DNA from: an uncultured delta proteobacterium | Lineage (GTDB): Bacteria > Myxococcota_A > Polyangia > Polyangiales > Polyangiaceae | Direction of reading: 5' to 3' | Assembly (NCBI GenBank): GCA_963841435.1 | Contig: CAWJCS010000006.1 | Location: forward strand, 1,216,001-1,280,000 | DNA: 64,000 nt | In this document: in pieces, positions 50,326 through 62,306 of the stretch | Layout: the number at the start of each line of letters is the position of its first letter | Numbering within the stretch: the stretch's first letter is position 1 | Program-made: the position numbers and the translations under genes | Notes under the pieces: model-generated | The model's input: only the letters and a program-made list of their open reading frames with translations | The model's database searches: none | Told to the model about the DNA's origin: nothing

Positions 50326-51633
50326 ATGGGTATCGTGGATTTCGTCAAGGGTGGCGTCCAGCGCATGATGATCGCGCGCCCGGACGCGGACAAAGACAAG
50401 GTCGTTTTCAAGCATCCGGACCAGACGTTTTCCTTCTGGAGTCAGCTCACCGTCGATGCCGACGAATGCGCGGTCTTCTTTCGCGATGGCAATCCCGTGG
50501 CGACGCTCGGCCCCGGGCGGCACACGCTGCAGACGCAGAATTACCCGTTCCTGAACACGCTCGTCAACAAGTTCACGGGCGGCAACGTGTTCATCAGCGA
50601 GATCTTCTTCGTGCTGACGCGCCCGCTCTACAACCAGGGTTTCGGCGACACGATCGGCTCGATGCGCGATCCCGAGCTCGAGATCCGCGTGACCCCGCGT
50701 GCGTTCGGCACGTTCTCGTACCGCGTCGTCAACCCCCTGCGCTTCATCGTGTGGTTCCGCGGTCAGGCGAGTGGCGATCCGAACGACTCGCCCCGCTGGA
50801 TTCAGGACATGCTTTTCATGGGTCTGCGCGCGACGCTCACGCGCATGCTGAAGGCCGGCGAGCTCAGCCTGCTCGATCTTGGCACGTGCGGTCCCGACGT
50901 GGCGCGCGCCATCGTGCAAAGCTGTCCGGATCTTGCCGCGATCGGCGTCCAGGTGCTCGAGGTCGCGAAGCTCAACGTGAACCTTTCGGAGGAGGACCAA
51001 GCACGCATCGACGGCATGCAGGATCAGATCGTGCAGGCCAACGTCGATGCCAAGGCGGCGCAGCGCCGCATCAAGCAAGCCGAGGCCGAGGCCGCGCAAC
51101 GGCAGTTCCAGCTCGATCAGGATTTCGCGAACCGGGCGCGCTACATGAATCAGCTCGACATGGCGCGCTACCAGCAGTTTGCGGGCGCCGAGGCGGCGCT
51201 GGGCCTCGGGCAGGGTCTCGCGCAGGGCGGCGACGGCGGCGGCGCGGCGGCTGCAGGCGCGGCGGGCGGTCTCGCGCTCGGCGTCGGCATGGCTGCGGGC
51301 GGCCGCTTCGGCATGCAGGGCTATCCGCCGCCCGGCTACCCACCGCCCGGCTACCCGCCGCCCGGTTATGGTCCGCCCCCTGGCTACGGCGCTCCTCCGG
51401 GCTACCCCCCGCCTGGCTACGGCGCTCCTCCGGGCTACCCCCCGCCCCAGCAGGGTGCGGCGCCCGCTTACGCGCCGCCGCCGGCCGCGCCCGCCCCGCC
51501 GCCCCAGGCGTCTCCGGGGCCGACCGCGGGCGCCCCGGGTGAGGAGGCGAGCGCGCGGTGTGGAGCGTGTGGATCGCAAAATCCCGCGCGGGCGCGCTTT
51601 TGCGCTGATTGCGGTGGCAAGCTCTCGACTTGA
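50326..51633 (+). CDS. SPFH (YdjI-like) domain protein with GYPPP repeats and C-terminal double zinc ribbon
   Basis: SQLTV...E.AVFF.DG, GPGRHTL.T.N.P, RAFG.F; CGAC...RFCADCG; SD AGGAG. Confidence 0.85.
   Translation: MGIVDFVKGGVQRMMIARPDADKDKVVFKHPDQTFSFWSQLTVDADECAVFFRDGNPVATLGPGRHTLQTQNYPFLNTLVNKFTGGNVFISEIFFVLTRPLYNQGFGDTIGSMRDPELEIRVTPRAFGTFSYRVVNPLRFIVWFRGQASGDPNDSPRWIQDMLFMGLRATLTRMLKAGELSLLDLGTCGPDVARAIVQSCPDLAAIGVQVLEVAKLNVNLSEEDQARIDGMQDQIVQANVDAKAAQRRIKQAEAEAAQRQFQLDQDFANRARYMNQLDMARYQQFAGAEAALGLGQGLAQGGDGGGAAAAGAAGGLALGVGMAAGGRFGMQGYPPPGYPPPGYPPPGYGPPPGYGAPPGYPPPGYGAPPGYPPPQQGAAPAYAPPPAAPAPPPQASPGPTAGAPGEEASARCGACGSQNPARARFCADCGGKLST
51319..51447 (+). repeat. Eight GY(G)(A/P)PP peptide repeats
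   Basis: GYPPP x3, GYGPPP, GYGAPP, GYPPP, GYGAPP, GYPPP. Confidence 0.85.
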
Positions 51634-51711
51634 CAGTCGTCGGCCGCGTCGCGACGCTTGACGTGGTAGGGCTAGGCGGCGCGAGAGATCTTCGGATCAG
51701 GGTTTCGGAAC

Positions 51712-54144
<2,433 letters not shown>

Positions 54145-54198
54145 GCCGCGCCGGACCTCCGGGCAGCTCGCTCGCCGGCCGCAACGCGAGGATGACCT

Positions 54199-54456
54199 CT
54201 AGCGGGACGCGAGCCCTTCGAGACCACTTTTCGTCACGCTCGCGGTGACGCTGCGCGCGGAGCGCCCCGCAGCGAACGGTGGCAGGAGACGGCCGACGAC
54301 ACCACGCCGCCGCTCGGCTCGGGCGACCGGCTGCGCCACGCGGGGCGCCGGGGAAGCGGCAGCGTCAGGGGCGGCAACGGTCGGGTGGGGGACGCCGGCT
54401 GCACAACCAGCGGCGGTCGAGACGGCGGCGAACGCGAAGAGCAAGGTCCTCGGCAT
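54199..54456 (-). CDS. Small putative lipoprotein
   Basis: MPRTLLFAFAAVSTAAGC lipobox. Confidence 0.45.
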   Translation of the reverse strand: MPRTLLFAFAAVSTAAGCAAGVPHPTVAAPDAAASPAPRVAQPVARAERRRGVVGRLLPPFAAGRSARSVTASVTKSGLEGLASR

Positions 54457-54510
54457 ACATCGACCCTACGGAACGCTGCGCCATTCGGCCCAACAATCGG
54501 CGTAGCGCGC

Positions 54511-55413
54511 TCAGTCCGAAAGGAAGCGCGAGAGGACGCTCGCGAGCTCGCCGGGGCGCTCCTCCTGCGGAGCGTGCCCAGCGGCGAGTAGCTCGAGCCG
54601 GGCCGCCGGGATTTCGCGAGCAAGGCGCCGGCCGGCGTTCACCGGCACCATGCGATCGTGCGTGCCCCAAACGACGAGCGTCGGGCAGCGCACGCCGGAA
54701 GTGCGCGCGACCAGCGGCCGGGGATCCTGCACGGTGCGCAGCGTTTCGAGCGCGCTCGCCCGTGCCGCGGGCTCGCTGAAGGCCGAATAGTAGTGGGAAA
54801 GCCGTTTCGACTCGGGTCCGAGCCCCGGCGCGATGCGCTCCCTCAGGAGTGCGCCGAACACTTGCTTGCCCCAGAGCTGCTTGAGCGCGAAGCCGCCCAC
54901 GAACGGCAAGAGTCCCACGCGCCCCGCGGCGCCCAGCCGCGGTGTCTCGGCGAGCGCGTCAACGAGAACGAGCTTCGACACGAGCTCGGGATGGCGTGCA
55001 GCGAGCGCGAGCGCCACGGCGCCGCCCAAGCAATGCCCGACCACGCTCGCCCGACCCAGATCGAGCGCGGCGTAGAGATCGGCGATGGCTTCGGCGAACG
55101 CCTCCACGTGGTACGAGAAGCGGCTCGGCGAAGGCTTCTCGCTTTCACCGAACCCCGGCAGGTCGGGCGCGATGATGCGTCGCGCCTCGCCCAGCGCGGG
55201 CGCCACGGTGTCCCAAGTGGTGTGATCCAGAAACAGTCCGTGGAGCAGGATGATGCTCGGACCGCTCCCGGCGTCGGCCACGCGTACCCGGACCCCGCTT
55301 GCGGTCACGTCGCGCTGCACGCCCGGCCACACGCGGGCGAGCCTAGCAGACTGGGCCGCGCGCGCGGTTTCGCCCCGCGGCCACCATGGACGGTCTTTCA
55401 GCTCCATGGACAT
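54511..55413 (-). CDS. Alpha/beta-fold hydrolase with GHCLGG nucleophile elbow
   Basis: LLHGL, PDLPGFGES, GHCLGG, VVWG.HD..VP, GHAPQEE; start uncertain. Confidence 0.88.
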   Translation of the reverse strand: MSMELKDRPWWPRGETARAAQSARLARVWPGVQRDVTASGVRVRVADAGSGPSIILLHGLFLDHTTWDTVAPALGEARRIIAPDLPGFGESEKPSPSRFSYHVEAFAEAIADLYAALDLGRASVVGHCLGGAVALALAARHPELVSKLVLVDALAETPRLGAAGRVGLLPFVGGFALKQLWGKQVFGALLRERIAPGLGPESKRLSHYYSAFSEPAARASALETLRTVQDPRPLVARTSGVRCPTLVVWGTHDRMVPVNAGRRLAREIPAARLELLAAGHAPQEERPGELASVLSRFLSD

Positions 55414-55583
55414 TCCAGCAGACATGACGATCAATGTCATAGCTGTGGTGCTCGCCTGCATCCATGGAGCTAGCGAATAAATAGTGCAAACTTTGGGCTG
55501 CACCCGCTTTGGTGGCTCCACTCAGTAGATTATAGTCGCGCTCGGTTGACGGTCGGGTAGCAACCCCGGCCGCCTATTCAGCG

Positions 55584-56099
55584 ATGGAACGGCTCAATGA
55601 CGCGGCCCTCGAGGCCATCGAGAAGCAGAACCCGGCCGGGCTCACCTCGGCGGAGATCCTCGACGTCTTTGCCCGCCACGGCATCCCCTTGAGTGAAGCC
55701 ACGCTGAGAAAGTACGTGCAGCTCGGCCTTCTGCCTCGCAGCGTTCGCGTCGGCAAGAAGGGCAAGCACCAGGGCTCGCAGGGCGTGTACCCCGTGAACG
55801 TGGTGCGACAGATCGTCACCATCAAGCGCATGATGGCCGAGGATCTCACCATCGAGCGCATCCAACGCGAGTTTCTATTCATCCGCAACGACCTCGAAGA
55901 GCTCAGCCGAACGCTGGGCGTGATCTTCGAAAAGCTCGACGGCGTGATCGCCGCGCAGCGTCCCGAGCGCGGAACGCACACGGTGGAGCGCGACGTTGCG
56001 GGGGCACGCGCGCAGAGCAAGGATCTGGTGGCCCGTCTCGAGGCCATCGAAGCGAAACTAGGAGCAAGGACCAAGATGGACAAGCTCGCGGCGTCCTAG
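55584..56099 (+). CDS. MerR-like HTH DNA-binding protein
   Basis: SEATLRKYVQLGLLP.S.RVG.KG...GS.G.Y...V.....IK.M. Confidence 0.75.
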   Translation: MERLNDAALEAIEKQNPAGLTSAEILDVFARHGIPLSEATLRKYVQLGLLPRSVRVGKKGKHQGSQGVYPVNVVRQIVTIKRMMAEDLTIERIQREFLFIRNDLEELSRTLGVIFEKLDGVIAAQRPERGTHTVERDVAGARAQSKDLVARLEAIEAKLGARTKMDKLAAS

Positions 56100-56329
56100 G
56101 GCATGACCCGGACGTTGGGGCCGCCGCCCGGAGCAGGCGGCCCGCCGAGCGCGCCGAATCTCGCAATACCGCACGAAAATAGCCGAAGAGTGACGACTGG
56201 CTCGTCGCTCCGAGGCGCGGTGAGAGACGGCGCAAACGGTCGAGTCGATACCCCGGTGGAGCGGTGGACTGTCCGCTTCTCACGGGGATCGTGCGGGCGG
56301 AATCCCAAACGGCAAGCGGAGGCAGTCCC

Positions 56330-57028
56330 ATGGATCACGACGATCGCGCAACGACGGAAGACGGGGAAAACGAGAACGAGGCACCGCGCAACGAGGGTGC
56401 GCTGGCGCTCGACGTAGAGCCCGCCATCACGCGCGAGCAGCGTCGCTCGCGACGCAAGCGCGACGTGCGCGCTCGCACGATCAGCGTGAAACGCATGACG
56501 AAGCGGGAGCTCGAGATCGGGCGACTGCTCTACCCGGAGACGGATTACGAGAAGCCGCTGACGCGCGCCGACTGCGCCGAGGGTCCGCGGCCCTGCCCGT
56601 ACGTCTCCTGCAAGTATCACCTGTACATCGACGTTTCGGCGCGCACCGGCGCCATCAAGCTGAATTTCCCCGATCTCGAGGCGTGGGACCTCGGTGAGTC
56701 GTGTGCGCTCGACGTCGCCGACCGCGGCGGCACGACGCTCGAGGACGTGGGTGCCATCATGAACCTCACGCGCGAGCGTATCCGCCAGGTCGAGGTCAAG
56801 GCGCTCGCCAAGCTCGAGGCGTTGCGCGACATGCTGGCGCTTCGCGACTACATCGACGAGGGACCGGTCGGCAAGCGCCGCCTGCCTCGGCTGTCGAAGC
56901 AGGACCTAGCGGGCCCCGCCTATCGCGAGGACGACGACGCCGACGAGGACGAGGACGCGCTCGATCACGCGACCCCGCTCGAAGACGACGGCGCCGCAGA
57001 ATCCTTCGCGCTCGGCCTCGATTCCTGA
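56330..57028 (+). CDS. Sigma70 region-4 HTH protein with N-terminal Cys cluster
   Basis: [52 protein letters not shown]. Confidence 0.8.
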   Translation: MDHDDRATTEDGENENEAPRNEGALALDVEPAITREQRRSRRKRDVRARTISVKRMTKRELEIGRLLYPETDYEKPLTRADCAEGPRPCPYVSCKYHLYIDVSARTGAIKLNFPDLEAWDLGESCALDVADRGGTTLEDVGAIMNLTRERIRQVEVKALAKLEALRDMLALRDYIDEGPVGKRRLPRLSKQDLAGPAYREDDDADEDEDALDHATPLEDDGAAESFALGLDS

Positions 57029-57044
57029 GCTCGCGCCTCGCGCG

Positions 57045-58121
57045 TCAGCCGCGCAAATCGGCGAGGGCGCGCAGGAAATTCCGGCCGAGGATCCTCACGA
57101 TCGTGTCGACCGGCATGCGGCGCTCGAGCAGCGCCTCGACGAGGCGCGGCAGCTCGAGGCACGTCGGCATGTCGCGGGGGGTGACGATCGAGCCGTCCCA
57201 ATCGCTGCCGAGCGCAGCGATGTCGGAGCCGCCGACACGGACGAGGTGCTCGAGGTGGCGCGCCACGCTGGCGACGCGCCCGGCGAACAGCGGGTCACCG
57301 AGGAAGGGTGCGTGGAAGAGGATGCCGACGACGCCACCCGTGTGGGCGACGGCGCGTATCTGCTGGTCGTCGAGGTTGCGCCAGTGCCGATGCGCGCCGG
57401 TGACGCCCGTGTGACTCACCATGAGCGGCAGGCTCGCGTCGTGTGCGGCGACCGCGTCCCAGAAGGCCTTGGGGCTCGCATGGGCGAGGTCGACGAAGAT
57501 GCGGCGCGCGTCGAGCGCGTGGACGAGCTCGATACCGGTCGGGCCGAGGCCGCCTGGTGAGAGCAGGCCGAGCGGCGAGCTCGTGGTGCCGACGGGGGAG
57601 CTCGAGAGGTGCACGAGCGTGACGAGCAGGAGCGTGCCGGGCGCGAGCCGGTCGAGCACGCTCGGGTCGACATCGAGCGCGTTGCCGCCCTGCACGCCGA
57701 TGAAGGCGCCGTGCAGGCCGCGGGCGCGCGCGGCGCGATATTCGGCCGCCGTCGTCACGAGCGCCACCTCGTCCGGGTGGCCGGCGAAGAGGCGCGTGAT
57801 CTCGTCCACGTTCGCGAGGAACGTCGCGACCCGCTCGGCGCCGTCACGCAGCGGGTTCGTCGTGATGATCCAGGCGGCGCCGCCCACGGCCGCCTCGCGG
57901 AGCCGCGGCAGGTCGGCGTGACCGAGGAAGAAGCCGCGCAGCGGAAACCACGGGTCGTGGCGCGTCGTCGGATCGCGGCCGAGTAGGCGGTGCCAGATAA
58001 AGGAGTTGACGTGCAGGTCGATCACGTCGCTCGCGAGGTAGACATCGACCGCTTCGCGGGAAACGCCGAGCTCGTGCGCCCACGCGCCGGGATCGGCGCG
58101 GTGGTCGAGGCGGGCGCTCAT
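57045..58121 (-). CDS. Membrane dipeptidase (M19 family)
   Basis: DLH, D.PRL, VDLAH, VSHTG, RNL.D.Q, GG.VGI, LGSDWDG, ILG.NF.R. Confidence 0.85.
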   Translation of the reverse strand: MSARLDHRADPGAWAHELGVSREAVDVYLASDVIDLHVNSFIWHRLLGRDPTTRHDPWFPLRGFFLGHADLPRLREAAVGGAAWIITTNPLRDGAERVATFLANVDEITRLFAGHPDEVALVTTAAEYRAARARGLHGAFIGVQGGNALDVDPSVLDRLAPGTLLLVTLVHLSSSPVGTTSSPLGLLSPGGLGPTGIELVHALDARRIFVDLAHASPKAFWDAVAAHDASLPLMVSHTGVTGAHRHWRNLDDQQIRAVAHTGGVVGILFHAPFLGDPLFAGRVASVARHLEHLVRVGGSDIAALGSDWDGSIVTPRDMPTCLELPRLVEALLERRMPVDTIVRILGRNFLRALADLRG

Positions 58122-58296
58122 CGCGCGAACGTAGCGCCGCCGTCTTCGCCCCGCTAGAGCTCAGCCGGGGAGCTCTGGCCGCCGCGCTACTTTCCAGTTT
58201 CGCGCGGCAGTTTTCGCCGCATCCGTCGTTCGAGGAGCCAGCCGGTCCTGCGCGAAGGCGCCGCGTTCGTCGCTTGGCGACGCAAACGGCTCGGTT

Positions 58297-58593
58297 CTAG
58301 AGGCCCTTCGGCACTTCGTCGAGGTTCACGGCGGCGAGCGCGTGGCGGATGAGCGCGCTGCGATTGGCCTTGGTGAGGCCGCGCGTCTTGAGAGTTTGCA
58401 CCATCTCGTCGAGGCGCTCGAGGTCATCGGTGTACATGGAGATGCAGATCACCTTGTAGTGCTGCGGCCGCTCCTTGTGCTGCGCCGCGGGCGGCGGGCG
58501 CGGGGCGTAGAAGGTCTGGCCGAGCACGCCGTTGACGTCGTCGGGGTTGAGCACGCGGGCGGTGGCTTGTCTGAGGTCATCGCGGCTGTTCAT
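58297..58593 (-). CDS. Small ribbon-helix-helix (ParG/CopG-like) protein
   Basis: KVICISMY (beta strand), ERLDEMV..LK (helix), NRSALIRHAL (helix); ATGA overlap with parA. Confidence 0.7.
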   Translation of the reverse strand: MNSRDDLRQATARVLNPDDVNGVLGQTFYAPRPPPAAQHKERPQHYKVICISMYTDDLERLDEMVQTLKTRGLTKANRSALIRHALAAVNLDEVPKGL

Positions 58594-59804
58594 GCGGGTC
58601 CTCCAGCTGCGGTGGGCAGCGCTTCTTCTTGCATTCCGAGCACCCGATCGACCATCCGGGCATAGTCGGCGGCTGCCGGTGAGGTGGGGGCGTACTCGAA
58701 CAGGGTTTTGCCCTGCGCGGGGGCTTCCTTCGCGCGGATCGCGAAGTGGATCGGGTCGAGGCAGCTGTCGCCGAAGGTCTCCGTCAGGGTCCCGAGGGCC
58801 TCGCGGCAGATGCGCGCTCGGGCGTCGTAGAGCGTCGGCAGGACGCCGAGCAGCGAAAGCTGATGGCCGAGCAGCCGATTGACCTGCTTGATGGTGCGCA
58901 TGACCTGGCGCACGCCCAACAGCGACAAGAAATCGCACGCCACGGGGCAGAGCACGGCATCGGCGAACACGAGGGCGTTCTGGTTCATGAGCGAGAGGCT
59001 CGGCGAGCAGTCGACGACGACGAACTCGTACGCGGCGCGCGTGCCGCCGAGGCGCGTCGCGAGCACGCGATCGCGCTGGCGCTGTCCCGACAAGTAGAGC
59101 TCGGCGGCGGCGAGCGTCTCGTTCGCCGCGAGCAACGACAGGTTGTCGCGCACCTCGACCACGGCGTCCGAATACGGCAGGCCCATGACGAGCACGTGGT
59201 AAAGGGTGCGGTTGACCCGCGCCCCGAGTGACGCGCCGGCGTTGCCTTGCCCGTCGGTGTCGACGAGGAGCACGCGCCGGCCGCGGCGCGCGAGGCCCGC
59301 CGCGAGATGCACGGCCGTGGTCGTCTTGGCGGTACCGCCCTTCTGATTGAAGACGGCGATCACCTGTGGCGCCGGTCCCCGCGTCGGCGGGGCCAGGCCC
59401 TGGACGGTGCTCGTCGGCGGCGGCGTCGGCGTCGCCGTCGTGGTCGTCGTGCCCGGCGCAGGGGGCGTGACGAGGGTGTCGTCGGGCAGGTAGCGCGGAT
59501 CCGAGAGCTCGCCGAGCCGCACGGCGCGCACGCCGGTGAGCACGCGCGCGCGGCATTCGGGTGAGCAAGCGTAGTGACGCCGCCCACCCGTGTAGAGCAC
59601 CTGCGCCGCGAGCTCGACCTCGAACCGCTTCGCGCAAGCGTCGCAGCTCACGCGCCCGTCGACGCGCGCGCTGTGGCTCGCCTCGAGGCAGCGCTGGGAG
59701 CAGAAGCAGCGACGCTCGCCGGATGCGCTCTTTTCGATCTGGTAGCGGAAGCAGACCTCGAATTCGGTGGAGCAGACGCTGCAGTGCTCGCTCTGGGCCG
59801 CCAT
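58590..59804 (-). CDS. ParA/Soj-family ATPase with two N-terminal TRASH-like zinc fingers
   Basis: NQKGGTAKTT, VDTDGQGN, VDCSPSL, LPT.YD.R, EAP..GK...Y.P.S.AA.DY; N-terminal CSVC...FCSQRC and CDAC...YACSPEC. Confidence 0.9.
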   Translation of the reverse strand: MAAQSEHCSVCSTEFEVCFRYQIEKSASGERRCFCSQRCLEASHSARVDGRVSCDACAKRFEVELAAQVLYTGGRRHYACSPECRARVLTGVRAVRLGELSDPRYLPDDTLVTPPAPGTTTTTATPTPPPTSTVQGLAPPTRGPAPQVIAVFNQKGGTAKTTTAVHLAAGLARRGRRVLLVDTDGQGNAGASLGARVNRTLYHVLVMGLPYSDAVVEVRDNLSLLAANETLAAAELYLSGQRQRDRVLATRLGGTRAAYEFVVVDCSPSLSLMNQNALVFADAVLCPVACDFLSLLGVRQVMRTIKQVNRLLGHQLSLLGVLPTLYDARARICREALGTLTETFGDSCLDPIHFAIRAKEAPAQGKTLFEYAPTSPAAADYARMVDRVLGMQEEALPTAAGGPA

Positions 59805-59933
59805 GCACAACGGGTTATCGAAGCGCTTGCGCCCGGGCCAAGTTTCGACCGCGCCGCGGGGTGCCCGACGCCGGGGCGGCCGCCGAGATTCGACTCGAGG
59901 GATGCGGCGTAGGATGCCGAAAGGACGGGTGAA

Positions 59934-61499
59934 TCAGTGGCGGAAGTGCCGGACGCCCGTGAAGATCATCGAGACGCCTGCCTCGTCGGCGGCCGCGATC
60001 ACGTCCTCGTCCTTCTTGCTGCCGCCGGGTTGCGCGATCGCGGCGACACCCGCGCGGGCCGCAGCCTGCACGCCGTCCGGAAAGGGGAAGAAGGCGTCCG
60101 ACGCGAGGACGCTGCCCTTGGCGCGATCCCCCGCCTTCTCGCAGGCCACCTGAACGGCAGTGACGCGCGCCGTCTGGCCGCCGCCAATGCCGATCGTCTC
60201 GTAGACGCCCGGGCTGCGCCCCGGAGCGGCGAGCACGATGGCGTTCGATTTGACGTGCTTGCACACGACCCAGGCAAAGGCGAGCGCGGAGAGCTCGGCC
60301 TGCGACGGCACGCGCTTGGTCACGACGCGGCCGTCGTTGACCTCGCCGGGGCCGCTGCGGTCGCGATCCTGAACGACGAAGCCACCGCCGACGCGCTTGA
60401 ACTGGCGTGCGTTGTGCGTGGCGCCAAGCCATTCGCCGGTGGCGATGAGGCGCAACGCGGCCTTCGACCGCAGGCGGTCGAGCGCGCCGGGTGAGAAGCC
60501 CGGCGCGATGATGCACTCGAGGAAGGTTTCCGCAAGGATTTCAGCCGTGGTGTCGTCCACTTCTCGATTGAGCGCCACGATAGCCCCGAAAGCGCTCATG
60601 GCGTCTGCCTCGCGCGCCGAACGGTACGCGTCCGCGAGCATCGGCGCCGTGGCGACACCACAGGGGTTCGTGTGCTTGACGACGACGGCGGCAGGGTTCT
60701 CGAACTCGCGCACGGCGTCGAGCGCGGCGTCCACGTCGACGAGGTTGTTGAAGCTCAGCTCCTTCGCACCGCTGCCGAGGCTCTCGGCGCAGCCGAGGGA
60801 ACCGGGCGGCGCATTGCGTTCACGATAGAACGCCCCGCCCTGGTGCGGATTCTCGCCGTAGCGGAGCGGATACGCTTTCTCGAGCGTCAGCGTGAGAAAG
60901 CGGGGGTAGCCGTCGGCTTCCGTGCGCGCGCTGAGCCAACCGCTGATCGCCGCGTCGTAGGCGGCGGTATGAGCGAACGCCTTCGCGGCGAGTCGCTCGC
61001 GCGTCGCGCGGCTGAGCTCGCCGCCCCGGCCGAGCTCGTCGAGGATCAGGCCGTAGTCGCTCGGGTCGCACACCACGCTGACACGCTCGTGGTTCTTGGC
61101 CGCCGACCTCAGCATGCTCGGACCGCCGATGTCGATGTTCTCGATGAGGGTCTCGAAGCTCGTGCCCGGCTTGTCGAGCATTTGCTCGAAGGGATAGAGG
61201 TTGACGACGACGAGGTCGATGGCTCTGCCGCCGAGGCGCTCGAGATCCGCATCGTCGAGACCGGCGCGCGCGAGGATGCCGCCGTGCACGCGGGGGTGCA
61301 GGGTCTTGACCCGGCCGCTCATGACCTCCGGCGAGCCCGTGTAGCTTTCGACGCTCTCGACGGGCACGCCTCCTGCTTTCAGCGTGCTGTACGTGCCGCC
61401 GGTCGAGACGAGCGTGACCCCACGCTGGGCGAGAGCCGACGCGAACACCATGAGGCCGGTCTTGTCGGAGACTGAGAGGATCGCGCTGCGAAGCGGCAT
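59934..61499 (-). CDS. purH: Bifunctional AICAR transformylase/IMP cyclohydrolase
   Basis: SVSDKTG, GRVKTLHP, IDIGGP, LRYGENPHQ, KHTNPCG, SDAFFPF.D, QPGGS, RHFRH. Confidence 0.97.
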   Translation of the reverse strand: MPLRSAILSVSDKTGLMVFASALAQRGVTLVSTGGTYSTLKAGGVPVESVESYTGSPEVMSGRVKTLHPRVHGGILARAGLDDADLERLGGRAIDLVVVNLYPFEQMLDKPGTSFETLIENIDIGGPSMLRSAAKNHERVSVVCDPSDYGLILDELGRGGELSRATRERLAAKAFAHTAAYDAAISGWLSARTEADGYPRFLTLTLEKAYPLRYGENPHQGGAFYRERNAPPGSLGCAESLGSGAKELSFNNLVDVDAALDAVREFENPAAVVVKHTNPCGVATAPMLADAYRSAREADAMSAFGAIVALNREVDDTTAEILAETFLECIIAPGFSPGALDRLRSKAALRLIATGEWLGATHNARQFKRVGGGFVVQDRDRSGPGEVNDGRVVTKRVPSQAELSALAFAWVVCKHVKSNAIVLAAPGRSPGVYETIGIGGGQTARVTAVQVACEKAGDRAKGSVLASDAFFPFPDGVQAAARAGVAAIAQPGGSKKDEDVIAAADEAGVSMIFTGVRHFRH

Positions 61500-61708
61500 G
61501 AGGCGGCGAGCCTATCAAAAGCGGCCCGGCGCGATCAAAGCCCAGGACCGCGCGGCCCGGAAAGGCCGTAACCCTGCGGTCAGGTGACGGAGATCGGGCG
61601 GGCGTTGCCCGAGCGGGCGCGCTCGGCGGGCCTCGGGAGGGGCCCGGCGCGGTCTCGGTGCGGCCGCGGCGCGCCCATCGCCTACAGGCGGCGCTGGATG
61701 CCCGGGCG

Positions 61709-62149
61709 TCAATCGTCGCCACGGTCGCGGGGGTCGGCGTGGGGCTTCGGTCGCACGGTGGCGTTGCCGCCTCGCTCGGGAGGGAGGGGGACGCCCGCGG
61801 CGTCGCGCTCACCCGTGGATGTTCCCGGGTGCGCGCGACGTGCGGGCCTCGCAGGACGTGTGGGTCGCGCAGGACGTGTGGGTCGTGCGGTTCCGTGCCC
61901 GTCGTGCGGGAGGTTGGGAGCTTGTCGCACGCCGCCGAAGTCGAGCGGGTGACCGTGGCGCGGGTGCGGCTGGGGCAGCCCCGGCGCCAGGACCCAGCAG
62001 GTCGTCTGCCGGCGGACGCGCGCACGAAGGTGCACGGGTGGAGGGGCAGGCGCGACGTACACGACGTGCTCGACGACGCGCGGCCCGGGCGGCGGTGCCC
62101 CTGCGCAGCCCGCAAGCGTCAGCCCCAAGAGCATCCGAGACCACGACAT
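61709..62149 (-). CDS. Small putative lipoprotein, Pro/Arg-rich
   Basis: LTLAGC lipobox; contains an 18-nt duplication at 61850-61885. Confidence 0.5.
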   Translation of the reverse strand: MSWSRMLLGLTLAGCAGAPPPGPRVVEHVVYVAPAPPPVHLRARVRRQTTCWVLAPGLPQPHPRHGHPLDFGGVRQAPNLPHDGHGTARPTRPARPTRPARPARRAHPGTSTGERDAAGVPLPPERGGNATVRPKPHADPRDRGDD

Positions 62150-62306
62150 ACTCTTTAGTTACGCCGCCGCGCGCCGAGACCTTCCTTCACGGCTCCGCGG
62201 TCGGTGGCAACGTCCGCCCGGGACGCAATCCCGGGGCCGGCGATGCGTTTCGCGACGGGCGTCGTGATCGGTTTGACGTTTTCCGGCATCGCTCAGCCGG
62301 GAACCA

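Noticed and set aside
58005-58010. Dipeptidase metal ligand HxD appearing as HVN (inactive enzyme?)
   Set aside because: It falls on a GTCGAC->GTCAAC site matching the systematic error pattern.
58190-58222. CAGTTT(T)CGC direct repeats downstream of the RHH gene as a parS-like site
   Set aside because: Only two short imperfect copies; too weak to support.
55584-59804. MerR-like, sigma-4 and ParA/RHH genes as a prophage or plasmid remnant
   Set aside because: No integrase, replication gene, att repeats or compositional shift is visible, and the genes are interspersed with ordinary chromosomal genes.
61850-61885. 18-nt perfect duplication
   Set aside because: An in-frame coding duplication (RPTRPA) in a low-complexity lipoprotein tail.
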